A model generated the notes under the pieces. That model saw only the letters and a list, made by a program, of their open reading frames with translations. It made no database searches and was not told the origin of the DNA. This document shows, one piece after another, positions 46,203 to 59,200 of a stretch of DNA of 64,000 nt. A program made the position numbers and the translations under genes. Origin of the DNA: Takakia lepidozioides (taxonomy: Eukaryota; Plantae; Bryophyta); assembly GCA_030704615.1 (NCBI GenBank), contig CM060732.1, positions 79,484,001 to 79,548,000 of the forward strand, in the 5' to 3' direction. Numbering within the stretch: position 1 is the first letter of the stretch; each line of letters starts with the position of its first letter.

Positions 46203-48603
46203 AGTAAGCTTGGGAGCATTCGACTTTTGTGGGACCTGAAGCCACAAGCGGGCGGATTCGTAGCAGCCAATGATCTTCAGCTCCGATTGTTCCGCAATCT
46301 GATTTCGTTATTGGGATCTTCATTTGTGAGAGAAGCAAACAACAGATCTGATGAATAAGCCAAATGCCCACTTTCTTAACTCCGAAGGGACGAGGTAGTT
46401 TTTGGTGGCCCCCTCCGAAAGAGGACATACCCTCACGGATAAGGGTATATCTCTCAGGAAACTAACATCCAAAGGAATGAACCGTATGAATGGGAGGCTA
46501 CCTACTTCATCCAGCTTCTTTGAAAATTTCAGCTCATTCCACCATGTCGTTTGGAAAATTATAAGAAATTTGCAAGCCCAAAATTTGGGGTACACTCCAA
46601 ATTTAGGGTGGAAAAATGGTTTGACCAGGAAATTGGATTGACAAAATATTTTTTCCTCGCAAGACCCGTCGAGATTCCAATTATGTGACACCTAAAGCAT
46701 GTTGCCCCAAAATGTCAAATCAGAATTCCAAAATCTTGATAAGGTTGCTTTGTATGGAAAAACGGGGGGGTCAAAACACACTATGAAACTCAAATGACAT
46801 GTAATTCAGGCTTAGGGGGTTGAAATTTCCTTGGAATCACAATTGCTCCGGTAACAGTGTTCCTTGAACGATGAACTACTACCTACAAAAAGAAATTCAG
46901 AATTCCAACAAAAATTCAGGCATAGATTTGCATTTGTTTCCATTTGTACTTTTGCCTTGTTGTCACCCCTTCAACCTACCATGTCGCTAAGTCAAAGCTG
47001 CTTGACGACCAATTTTGGGCACCCATGCACACTAAAAAATTTAGTGACGACAGGGCTTTCATTATTTTATGGTGCCATAAAGACGGGCATGCATGACATC
47101 AAGGTGCACAACTATCGTTCAGAAAGTTTTTTCATCCAAGGTCATCATGGATGATTTCTGACGCGACCCTCACTTGACCCAGAAACGGGTCGCCTCGTCC
47201 ATCAAGGGTCGGCTTAGTTGACAGCTCCCTCATTTGCAGACTGTTTGCGAGGTTTCTTTGTTGGATGTGGCTGCGGAAGCTCCACGCTTTCATGGAGGAA
47301 GGAGCAGGAGGAGTTTCCAGGGTACAGCCCCGGCAACTACCTCGGTCCTGGAGCCACAGTTGGTGCCACTGCATGCGGCCCAACAATTGCAAATCTCCTG
47401 GTGGCGGACAAACACGGTCTATCCGCAGCCAACAATGTAAATCAAAAGGCTGAGGGTGGGCCACGCTTGCTTCAAACTGTCAGGTCCGAAAGACGAGGCT
47501 GTAGCCCTGCAGGAGCTGCTCCAGCGGTGGGCCATGAGGCTTCTGGAAGAGTCGCCCATGCTTTGGTGTTCAGCTAGCGGCGTGCAAGAGCCACAGACTC
47601 ACAGATGGCGATAACGCAATAAAAGCAAGGCTGTGAGGCTGCCCGGCCTCCCACCTGCCCGCTGCGCCACGTCCTCTACGCCACGGTGGCGTTCGACTGC
47701 CCCTCCATGCCACGTTGGCGCACAAGCTAGGTTCCAACTTTACTTTTCTTAAGGGCCATGCCTGCGAGCTTAGGTGAGGCAGAAGAAACAAGAACCCTGT
47801 CGAGTTTAGGTAGCCCTCACCTTCTTTATATACTCTCCCAACAAGGTGGAGGAAGAAGCCACTGCCCACCTTATGGAATGCTCTAGAACTATGAGCCCCA
47901 CCTTCCTACTTCTACGGTCTACGGTTGTCCTCGTATTTCACCCATTCCAACAGGCTTCCCTCTTGGCTGGTTCAATCTTCTCGCTTTTTTCAACCTTCAA
48001 GAAGAGGATTTGGGACCCTTACTTGGCTCAATCTGAGGCAACTTATAGAATATACACCACTATTGCCATATAGTAACTTTCTTATGAGTAAGTAAGTAAA
48101 ACAAAGTAAAGTTTCTTTAAGTGATAAGTGTTTTTCTCCTCTTCTTTTCTTTTTTTTTTAAATTTATTTGTATATATTCATATATTAGATATATGAAAAT
48201 ATAATTGTAGTGTTTTTATATTATAGTGAATTATAATGTGAACATTTTAATGAATATGTAAATATAAAATTATGAATATGAATAATGATTGAATATATAA
48301 TGAGAAAAAAAGAGACATAACATACAAAATTTAAAAATATGTACATATATTCATTTTAAAGCATCATCAATATATTTTTGTAATGAACTTGATATATTTG
48401 AGTAATGTGATTAATATATTTATTATTATATTATATATAAATAATGTTTTTGTATTGTGTTTATGTATCATTCGATGAGTTTTGTTTTGCTTTCAAATGA
48501 CGTTTAACTTAGCTATGAAAGAGACATTAAAATTTGATGTATAAAATTGTGTACATGTTCTTTAAATATTGACGTAAAAGTATGTCACTAGTAGATAGGT
48601 TAA

Positions 48604-49101
48604 CCCTTAAGTTCCCAAGCCCTTTTTTGACTTTTTACCAATTTTGGGTACCCAGCTGCAGTAAATTGCCCCTAGAAACCTACCAAAAATCATCCAGAGA
48701 TTCCAGCCTTATAGCAATGGGCCCAGCTCATTTATGCATGACATACCAAAAAATGAGTCAAGTCCACCGTGGAAATTGTGAGATTATAGAGTTGGCCTGG
48801 ACCTCAAATATCAGGTCCCAAAGAAAAAGTGAGAAAGAAATTGGTTTTGGGCTTGTTTACCTGCCACGTCAGCGGTCAACAAGCCCTTTTCAGGCCCCAA
48901 AACGTAAATGAGAGATCTAAGATATTTTTTGTAGATCGTAGTTTTGTTTTTTTTTTTTTTTTTTTTTTGCTGCATCATACTTGAGACAAATCCCTTGTCA
49001 TTAAAGCTTCAGGAGTGGGCCCCATCAGATTAGATCTGCAAAAATTAGGTCGAACTGCAAATTCAAAGTGACCTGATTCAGGTTGCTTGGGAACTTAAGG
49101 G
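48604..49101. mobile_element. piggyBac-like MITE
   Basis: Perfect 17-bp TIR CCCTTAAGTTCCCAAGC flanked by TTAA at 48600-48603 and 49102-49105. Confidence 0.8.
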
Positions 49102-49706
49102 TTAATGACCATCAAGGCCACCATCCCATGTTTTATAAGGAAAAAAAAAACCATAGTATGTAGCACATGTACTCTTGCAGAGAGAGAGAGAGAGACTCCG
49201 GCCAAAGCCGGCGTAACTAAAGAGCCACTTCGCCATGCGGCTACTGCCCCCTTTCGGGGGTGGGCCCTATACTCTTGCGCATTGTGACACTAGTTTATGG
49301 CTTATATGAGTTATACACTTGTATGCATTCTGAACTTAAGATGGATATTTGATATCCGACAAACATTAGGCTGAAATATCAACATCAAATGTAATACTAG
49401 CCTAGTTAAATGACACTCATAAATCCATTTTTCGACATTTTTTCATATGCGTATGGCTACATGTATGAAAATTTGTCATACATTTTGTTAATATGTCATG
49501 TAATGTAACACTAACCCACTTAAATTACACTCCTAAACCCAATTTTACAATATTTTTTATATGCATATGGTGAGATATATGATAATGTACTATATGTTTT
49601 TGTTGATATGTATGAAATATCAACATGTAATGTAGCACTAGCCCACTTAAATGACACTCATAAACTCATTTTCACACACTTTTTCAAGTTTGTATGGCTC
49701 ATTATA

Positions 49707-50252
49707 GGAGAATACTAGAAATGAGATAAGAACTTAATGCACATGTGCAACCTCTGGCAGGACGGTACACCGGTTTCTATCATGTCAAATCTTCCCCACC
49801 CTCTCTTGAGCGTGACATGGACATGAAGGAGTGTAAACTCCAATTGGGGTTACGTTGGGTTACATGGGGGGTAGTGTAACTCCACTCGGTGCAACTCACA
49901 CTTGGTCTCGAAAATGGAGTAAGAAGAGTTACACACATGACCACGGGGGTGTTATATGGGGTTACACCGGCTAGGGTGCCAAAATCCCCGGTTACATACA
50001 ACAGCCTCCCTCCCATCAAGGCCCAAACCCGAAGCCTTGATATTTGCATTGCGATCACCTTACCAACACATTACAGGCCACTACATGACACCTTCCTGAA
50101 TTCTTAAGTATATAATAGTGAAACCGAGGTAAGAGGGGGTGTGGAGGATTGACAGGCCCTCCGCCGGAGGAGCCCAGGTTGCCGGAATCTGACGAAAGTA
50201 CCATCAGATGCCACGAGTGTATTAAGTTCTTACATTATTCCTAGTGTCCTCC
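49707..50252. mobile_element. Mutator-like MITE inserted in a ~120-bp AT-rich tandem repeat
   Basis: 9-bp TSD CTCATTATA (49698-49706, 50253-50261); long imperfect TIRs (GGAG..ACTAG..TAAGAACTTAAT.CAC..GTG; TGTCAA..CCTCTCTT); internal GGGTTAC motifs. Confidence 0.8.
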
Positions 50253-50309
50253 CTCATTATATGAAAATGTGCTATACACTTATGTTTGTCAATATATGAA
50301 ACAAAGTAC

Positions 50310-51173
50310 CTAGTTTGTTTGTTTGTTTTGTTTTGTTTATAGTGTTGAGATCTCCCAAACTGCGGCCCCAGCCCTGGTGCTTGGTACCGTTGGAAAGCCC
50401 TTGATGAGGAGAGGAGGGGTACACCGACTTGGTCTCATAATTTTTTGACCTGCGGTGTGGGAGATATGGATTTTCAAGTACTTTTGGTCATTGGAAATTC
50501 GTGAAAACTAGCAAAGTGGGCTCGGGGAACAATGATTGGCCCTTCATTTGTCTTTTGTGCATGTGGACGTAAATGTAAATTGGGCTTTTTTTAAATATTG
50601 GCGTTCACCATATTGTTTGTAGTGTCGTTGAGATCTCCAAAAATGTGGGGCCTTTGGCCAAGATTTTAGTACCGTTGGAAAAGCCCTCGATGAGTTAGGG
50701 GTGCACCCATTTGGTACACAAAATTTGGACTTACGGGCCTAGACTTATGGAATTAATATAAATAATCTTGGTTGCTGAAAATTCTACTAAATTACAAAAT
50801 CAAGTGTTGGAAGGACACTGGAGATTGTACTTGGGCTTAAATAGAGGCCACGTTTTTGCACCGTTGGAAAGCTCTCGATGAGTAGGGGTGCACCGACTTG
50901 GTTTCACAAAATTTAGACCTACGGCCGAGAATTATAGAAATATGAGCAATTTTGGTCGCTGAAAATTCTACCAAATTACAAAATTAAGTGTTGGAATGAC
51001 ACTTGGACGTCGCACTTGGGCCTCTATATGGGAGAAGCACTTGGATACATAGGAGATTGCCCTTGGGCTTAGATGGGCCTTAACATAGGAGACGAACTTG
51101 GATACATAAGAAATTGCACCGGGTCTTAGATTTCAATTCTTCACACATGGGCCAACGGCACATGCTGCCCTAG
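50310..51173 (+). mobile_element. Possible non-autonomous Helitron-like repeat with three internal ACCGTTGGAAAGC...GGTGCACC units
   Basis: Units at ~50386, 50670 and 50860; GC-rich 3' end followed by CTAG|T at 51170-51174. Confidence 0.4.
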
Positions 51174-52718
51174 TAAATATGAAATATCAACATTCAACGT
51201 AATACTAATCCCCACTTAAATGATGGCATTCCTAAACCCACGTTTTGTACATATTTTTCATATGTTTACAACTTAATGTACTAAAATATGTCATATATTT
51301 TTGTCAATATATTAGATGAGATATCAACATCCGCGACAATGCCAACCCATTTCAATGACATTCCTAAACTTCTAAATTTTTTCTAGCTAAGCTTCCCGAA
51401 TAAGTCGTTTGAATACAAAACACATTTAACTATACATGAACAAGATATAATAGTTATTACTCATGCCATATATCAAGTTCATATTACTCATCATAACAAA
51501 TTACCCTTGCTACCCATTGTTCTGGGAGGTTCCCCCAATTGTAGTATCTCATGGCCTCTCACGAGGTTTTTTTCCCTCGTTCTTTACAAAAATAAATATA
51601 AATATAAATATTCATTAAAAATGGATGAATGTACCACACTCCGTCCACTATTTTAATTTTAGTGTGTCATTTTTATTATATTTCCAAACAGTTTAGTTAT
51701 AATGCATGGCACCATATTCTTAAACCCAACCATCGTTAACCCCTACTTAAAAATTAGAAAAAAGAAAAAAAGAAAAAAAGAACTTACATATGGTATTTCT
51801 AAGATACGTAGTGTATCTTCTATATTTTTCGATAGACTCTATGAGAAAGTACATTGAAAAAATATATATACGGCTCAACCTAATTTTAGTCACACACTTT
51901 CGAGAGTATATATGGTAGAGCGTTTAGCCCGCAAGTGGGGCGGGTGTGTGTGCCCCGTAGGGCTTTTGTGCCTGCGTGGCGCAGATGGGCGCAGGATGGC
52001 AGTGGCGTGCAGTGACGCGTGCGGACGTGCGCGTGGCGTGGAGGACGTGGCGGAGCGGGCAGGTGGGAGGCCGGGCAGCCCCGGCACTAATAAGTTATCC
52101 CCTCACAGTCTGGGACATCGTGCCGACTCCCGACCTCCGCCCCCGTCTCGCTTGTGGACCCCGCTCGCTCCTGTTACTGTATTACTTGTTGTAGTGGTGC
52201 CTGCAGGCTGCAGGAGGAGCAGTGCTGTGTAGGACCCGATCAGTTGCTCGCAGTTTCAGTTTCTTCGTGCGCAAGTCTTTCATTACGCAAAGTCAGATCC
52301 GTTGACCGCAACAGTTAACACAATGGAGGGCGACTGTAGACCTGTTTCAAACATACGATCCACATGTGGGAACTGGATGACTCCAATCGGACAATCCCAA
52401 CGATCTCATGACCCTTGCCTTGGGGGGCACATTTTCCTGTTCAAATATTTTATTACAGTCTGGAATGTAGTCGGAGTGGAAGACCGACCCTGGCAGTCTC
52501 CAACGACCAGAGCAATACTGTAGCGTTGGACTCTTTAAACGTGCACAGAGACAATTGTACCATGCCTTGTCGATGAGTACTTGCTCCAGACTCCAGCAGT
52601 CCAGTGCTAGGGGAAGTGTACGATTTCCCATGAAAAACTCTTCATAATGAAGACGATATGTAGATGTGGGACCAGTTGGATCTCAACAACTGACATGCTG
52701 CACAGGAGTGGTACATAC

Positions 52719-53487
52719 CAGTGTTGGGCGGTTACCCGCCGGGACCCAGGTTAACCGCCGGTTCAGGTTAACCGGAACCGGGCTCATTCCTACAGAACCT
52801 GACCCGGAACTGGAACCTGCCAATGGGGATCGGCGCAGAACCGCTTGCTGGGTGTGAGAACCGGAGAACTGGGGCGCAAGGGGATAAAAACAGGTTCCGG
52901 TTCTTGACCCCTTGGTGGGGCTGGTGGCCCAGGGCAAACTTATTTAATGCTCTCAAGCTCCTGAGATCCTGGGTTCAATGCTTGAAGGCCATGAGATTCT
53001 ATGTTCAATGCTTCAGCGCCATGAGATCTTGGGTTCAATCTCCAGCTCCATGATATCCTGGCTAAGTTCATTAATAAAATGTTTGAAGATGCCAATACTT
53101 GCCAGTAGCTGAATAGTACTTTCAACCCATAAAATTTTACCCATTTTCTTCTACCAGTTTATTTAGAGTATTTTTGTTTGTTTTTTTGTTAGTGAAAACT
53201 AACAAAATCGTTGGATTTTAGTTCAAATATGTGAATACACTGCTATTTAATCTACCGGACTGATAAATATTTTTAAATCTAATTAAATTAAACAAATATA
53301 TTTTAAAAATAGAACCGGAACCTAACCGGAACCGATGGTTTTTATCAGCAATTAACCGGTAACCAGAACCGCCCCCATGTTTAAAAGTTGGATCCGGAAC
53401 CGGAACCGGATCCGGAACCGTCTCTTGAAATAATTGTGGAACCGGAACCGAAGGTTCCTTCACAAATGCAAGAACCGCCCAACACTG
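52719..53487. mobile_element. hAT-type MITE
   Basis: 15-bp TIR CAGTGTTGGGCGGTT; 8-bp TSD GTACATAC at 52711-52718 and 53488-53495; AACCGG subterminal repeats. Confidence 0.93.
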
Positions 53488-54094
53488 GTACATACCCAGT
53501 GCCCTCACTTCGTGGTCACTTGGGTCAATCGAGAAAGGACAAGGACAACAAAGCTAGTTGCGAGTGTGCCTGATGCGATGATGTCGTTCCAGAAATGCGA
53601 TTTGCAAACGACAAAGATTAAAGGAATGCACCACTACAAGAACTGGTCGACCTTGCATGATTTGGTGCGGTGCATGCACCAGAAGCTCGAAGCTCGAAAG
53701 ATTCTGACTTGGCACGCAAACGTTAAAGCTGGACTGCCTCCTACCCGGGATTATACATCCAGATCAAATACCGTCCCTGGCCAACCGTTTAGGGAATTTT
53801 GCGCCTAATAATAATCAATCAATCAGAAAATTAGGCATGTTTTGAAATAATTTTCTCAATTAGGCATCTTCATGCTATAAATCTAGCAACGACCTGAAGG
53901 TCGGAAGCTAGTTTAGCGTAGAGTAGGAATAGGGTGCCATAGTGCCACGTCATCGTCGTCGTCAACTTTTTTGGAACCTGCCCGAAATGCCCGAAAAGCA
54001 GCGCGGGGAAGGGACGCCCCGCGTGCTCAAGCTTCTAAAAGAGGATCGAGAGAGGGAGTCCACAATGCCTCTTCTAGTACTTCTGCGCATGTGA

Positions 54095-56222
54095 AGATGC
54101 TTTGTGAGGCAGACAAACTGACAGAGGCTCTACAGACTTTAAACCAAGGAGGCATAAAGATACCTATGTCTGTCGATGAAAGGTCTGGAAGCTGGAAAGC
54201 AGGTGCACACACACATTATCCAAAGTGGAATCACGTCAAATGTTTTTCTACTCAACACCCTTGTCAACATATACGTTAAGGGCGGGAGCATCATGGATGC
54301 TCACCAAACATTCAACAGAATGCCTCAACAATCTGATCACGTGGAATATAATGTTGGCAGGATTTACCAAGCATGGGTGTGGTAGGAATGCTTTTGAGAC
54401 CTATGAGCAGATTTTGCGCAAAGGGGTGAAGCCCAACCACATCAGATTTGTTTGTGTTTGCAATGCGTGTGCAAGCTTGGGAGCTCTGGAAAAGGGGAAA
54501 GAGGTCCATGGTGACATTGTCAAAGCTGGAATTGTACCATATGTCATTCATATGTCACTCATGAAGGTGTGGTTTTTTCTTAATATACGATGTAAAGAAG
54601 TTTGTTCATCCTGCACATGTGGGCTCTTGGCTCCTGTTAGTACCATGATTTCATATTCTTCCTGATTATGTTTACTAGGTTCTTAGGAGAGTCGGCTCGG
54701 TCTTAGCAGGCTGTGTTTCAATCTATGTCTGCTCAGCTGCACCGTGTTGGTTCTCACAGACCAATCCGACATCACCTGACACAAGCAACACACATAAGGG
54801 GTCCTTTTGGGTTGATGGTCAAATCCTCCATGGATCATGCCACAAGGTCAAGGACAATGTGGTGAGGGCACCTTCTTCTTTGACCTATTTCAGCCTGTTT
54901 TGCCCTCTCATCAGACTCAGCCCTGAGATGCATATTGAATTCTGCAAGTTAGGTCGTTGGGTAGATGGTCAACTGGAAATAGCAGCGGCAACGGCACAAA
55001 TGATAGAACAAGGCACTGCTAATGTTCAGGCACCTTCTTCGACACATTACACCCTGTTTTTCCCTCTCGTCAGAGTCAGCCCTAAATTTCCATGTTGAAT
55101 TCTGCAAATTAGCTGGTTGAGTGAATCTGGTTTGGAGTGACTTTGACATGATACTGCCAATGTGATAACAGGAAAGTATCCGAAAATAGGTAACAGAAAG
55201 AAGGTGTGGAATGAATACTTTGTTGACCCCAGTCAACAGTAGAACAACCGAGGTAAAAAATTGAACTAGTATGATTGGGTGTTTCCTAGATTGTCATTAT
55301 CAGTTGCTAGCAGCAGAGGAAAAGATGAATGCATGATTTGTGCAGAGGCATGGATTTTGGCATTTGATGCCGAAATGAAACGTGGTCTCTTGGACTGCAA
55401 ATATTGCAGGATGTACTGAGTAAGGGCATGGTGAAGAGGCATTTGAACTCTTTGGGCAAATTCCACAAGAAGATGTAGAGCCTGACAAGGTCACTCTCAT
55501 TTGCATCCTCAAAAGGTGTGTCAGCCCAGCAGCTCTAGGGCAAGGCAAGGGGCTTCATGCCCACATTGTCAGAGCAGGATTTGAATCAGATGTTTATGTA
55601 TGAACTAGCCTTCTCCATATGTATGCCAAGTGTAGGAGTTTGGTGGATGCGCGAAAGATGTTTGAAAAATGTCTAGGCGAGATGCCATATCATTGAAGCT
55701 GGCTTTGAGTCAGATGGCCGTGTGGGAAACACCCTTCTCAACATGTATGTCAAGTGTGGGAGTCTGGTGGATGCATGCCGAGTCTTTAACAATATGCTTG
55801 AACAAGATGTGGTTTCATGGAATGCAATGATTGCAGGATACATTCAGCAAGGGCGCAGTGAAGAGGCATTTGAACTCTTCTGGCAAATGCAACGAGTAGG
55901 TATGAAGCCTGACAAGCTCACATTTGTTACTATCCTCAATGCCTGCACCGGCCAGTAGCACTGGAACAGAATAGGCATGTACATGCCCACATCACAGAAG
56001 GTGGAGTTGAGGCAATTGTCTGTTTAGGGAATGCCCTTGTCAACATGTATGCTAGGTGGATGTGCGGAGACTGTTTGATGCTTCCATAATTACAGCAACA
56101 TGAGCTAGTTGAATGCATCCTAGGACGCTTGTTCTGAAATTAGAACCACAAAATGCTGTAAAATATCTATGCTGCAACTCAGATGTGGACAATCTAGAAA
56201 AGACCAGAAAATTGATGGAGGA
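54095..56222 (+). pseudogene. PLS/E-class PPR gene remnants
   Basis: GKQVHTHIIQSG..NVFLLNTLVNIY; NTLLNMYVKCGSLVDACRVFNNMLEQDVVSWNAMIAGY; E-motif RKLMED is cut by the LTR element; many frameshifts. Confidence 0.88.
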
Positions 56223-59200
56223 TGTCACGGACATAGCCCAAAGGAACTTACAAGGAGTAAATACCAGAAGTTACCAAGTTATCATGTTACTGAAAGTTAC
56301 CATGACTTACTGTGATCTATCATGATCTACCATGATTTACCATTACTTACCAAGTTACCGGGAGTTTATCAAATTACCAAGAGTAACTTAGGAAACTGCT
56401 CATGAAGCTTCATTTGGAGTAAATTTCTCCATCAAGATACCTCCTTTGTTTAAGGAAGCTTCTCCATCAAGAAACTTTGTTTAATCTTGGAAACTTCTCC
56501 AGCAAGAAACCTCCATAGGGGAAGCTTCTTAGGAAACCTTCTTAGTAGCCCGTATATATAGGAGGCGAGACTGGACACTCTTCAGTCTCGCCAACACCAG
56601 TTCAAGCTACTCTTGTTTCCAGTTCCCAGTACTCTAGCCCAATTTCCAGTATCTGGTACTCCAGTCCAGTTTCCAGCATTCCAGTATTCGAGTCGTGTTC
56701 CAATATCTTGTACTATTGTTTATTGTTATAAATATCGTCTTGATTCCTATTTACTCATCGTGCATACGGCCACGCCGACCTTGACTTCTTGTGTAGTCTT
56801 TTATCTCTAGTCTGATTTCTTGTTTGTGTTGAGTCATGTTCTCGTCTTTAAAATCAGTTTCGATGTGGTCTAAAAGAGGATGTAAAAGATTTGCTACTGA
56901 CAATGTCAAATGTGAGTACACTGAGAAATTCATCACCCAAGTCATTGCATGCGATAATCGTTTGTTCGAAAGACGTCAAGAGAAGCGATCTGGATGGTCG
57001 ACGATGCACCATGCCGCTGCTACTACAGCACCAAACACAACGATCCATCAGACCGATTCAAGTCATTGTCGCCACAAGAAAAACAAAGACGGCGCTCAAA
57101 TGGATTATGCCTTTATTGCGGAGAAGATGATCACATAGCATTAAACTGCCCCAACAAGAGAAGATTCAAAGCTCGGGGCACAACTCAAGTGTTCGATACG
57201 AGGAGGTCGGAAAACGAAGATGTCCAGTCACAGTAGGGACCATACGGCTGGACACCCCAAATTCTTCACCAAAAAAATGTCTCTTCTACTCCAGACCCTG
57301 TACCTTGTTTCACAGTTCCAGTAAAGATCAGGATGCAAAATCGAGATATCTCTGTAGAAGCATTTTTGGACTCGGGCGCTTCAGCGTGTTTTATTGACAA
57401 AGACTTTGCGAAGCAACACAATTTAACGCTCGTAAGAAAGAAATTCTCGGCCTCTGTTGAAGTCATTGATGGACGACCGTTAGCATCAGGAAATATTGAC
57501 CATGAAACTCGACCCCTTGAAGTGAAGCTTAAAAATCAAGCATCACAGATTGTTTTCAATGTCATCCAGTCTCCAACGAATCCTGTGATCCTTGGACTTC
57601 CCTGATTTGTACTTCATAATCCTGACATCGACTTGCAATCACGAAAAAATTCGGCAAGACAAAAATACAAAAGTACCAAAGGTATTCAACCCCTGTTTCT
57701 GGAGCTAGAGCCTCATGAGAGCTACGAAGAAAGACGCGACATTTGCACTTTATGCGACTCCGATCAAAACCACAACAGACCAATGTACTTCGACATTACC
57801 CACTCAAGGCAGGTTTACACGGCAAAAATCCGTCCATACCATCCGGACGTGGCGGCTGCAGCGGGTGTGGCGGATCCGAGTCCACCCTTGAAGAACGCGA
57901 TGACGAGGAAGGGACGGACGGCCTGGCAACTGTAGGTACTTCCCGCTGTCCGTTACTGTCCGTCTCATCCCTCATTCCTTTTCCCTGGCTATCATGGCTA
58001 AAACATGTGTGTAGGGTTTAGCCTGAGGGCTCTTTATGAGAGCTTCTCTTGCTAAACTTATATGTTGCGTCACGTGTGTACCATCGCATGTGAACATGTT
58101 GTACCGTCAGTCCCGTCCGTCCTTCTCCACACGTGCGGAGGGCCCACCACTATGGCTAGATGGGACGGCCGGATTTTTGCCGTGTGAACCTGCCTTCAAT
58201 ATCAAGATTTCAAGGATGTCTTCGAGAAGAAAAATGCAGATATGTTGCCAGAACATCGACCTTATGATTGTGCAATTGAGTTGCAAGAAGGAGTTCAACC
58301 ACCATTCAGCCCGATTTACAATTTATTTCAGACGGAGCTGGCTGCTTTACACGAATATATTGATGAAAATTTGTCAAAGAATTTCATTCGGCATTCGAAA
58401 TCACCTGCGGGAGCATCTATCTTATTTGTGAAGAAGAAGGACGGATCGTTACGCACGTGTGTGGACTATCGTGGGCTCAACAAAGTCACTATAAAAAATC
58501 GTTACCCACTACCGCTGATTTCCGGACTCCTCAAACAACTTGGACGAGCAATTTTTTTCACAAAAATCGACTTGAGAGGAGCTTACAACCTTGTACGAAT
58601 AAAAGAAGAAGACGAATGGAAGACTGCTTTACGCACAAGGTACGGACATTTCGAATATAGTGTTATGATGCTCCAGCAATTTTTCAACACATGATGAATG
58701 ACATCTTTCGAGAATTTTTAGATGACTTTGTAGTCATCTATTTGGACGACATTTGATATTTTCACATAATGAAGAAGAACATGGTCGCCATGTACGCATT
58801 GTCCTTGATAAATTGAGGGAAAAAAGACTATATGCCAAGTTGGAAAAATGTCTTTTCCACCAATCTGAAGTCGAATTTTTGGGCTACATTATTCCCGACA
58901 AATGAGTCTTTATGGATCAGAAGAAAATACAAACCATTATCGAGTGGATTAAACCAACTTCGGTCCAAGATGTACAATGTTTTCTAGGATTTGCAAATTT
59001 CTATAGAATCTTCATCAAAAATTACTCCAAAATTGCTGCACCATTGACACGACTCACAGGGAAGGACAAATTTGTATGGAACGAGAAGGCTGACCAATCA
59101 TTTGAAAGGCTGAAGTAGGCATTTAGAACGGCTCCAATACTGGTACATGTAGACCCATCTAAACCATTCTTTTTGGAAGCAAATGCATCGGACTTTGCAC

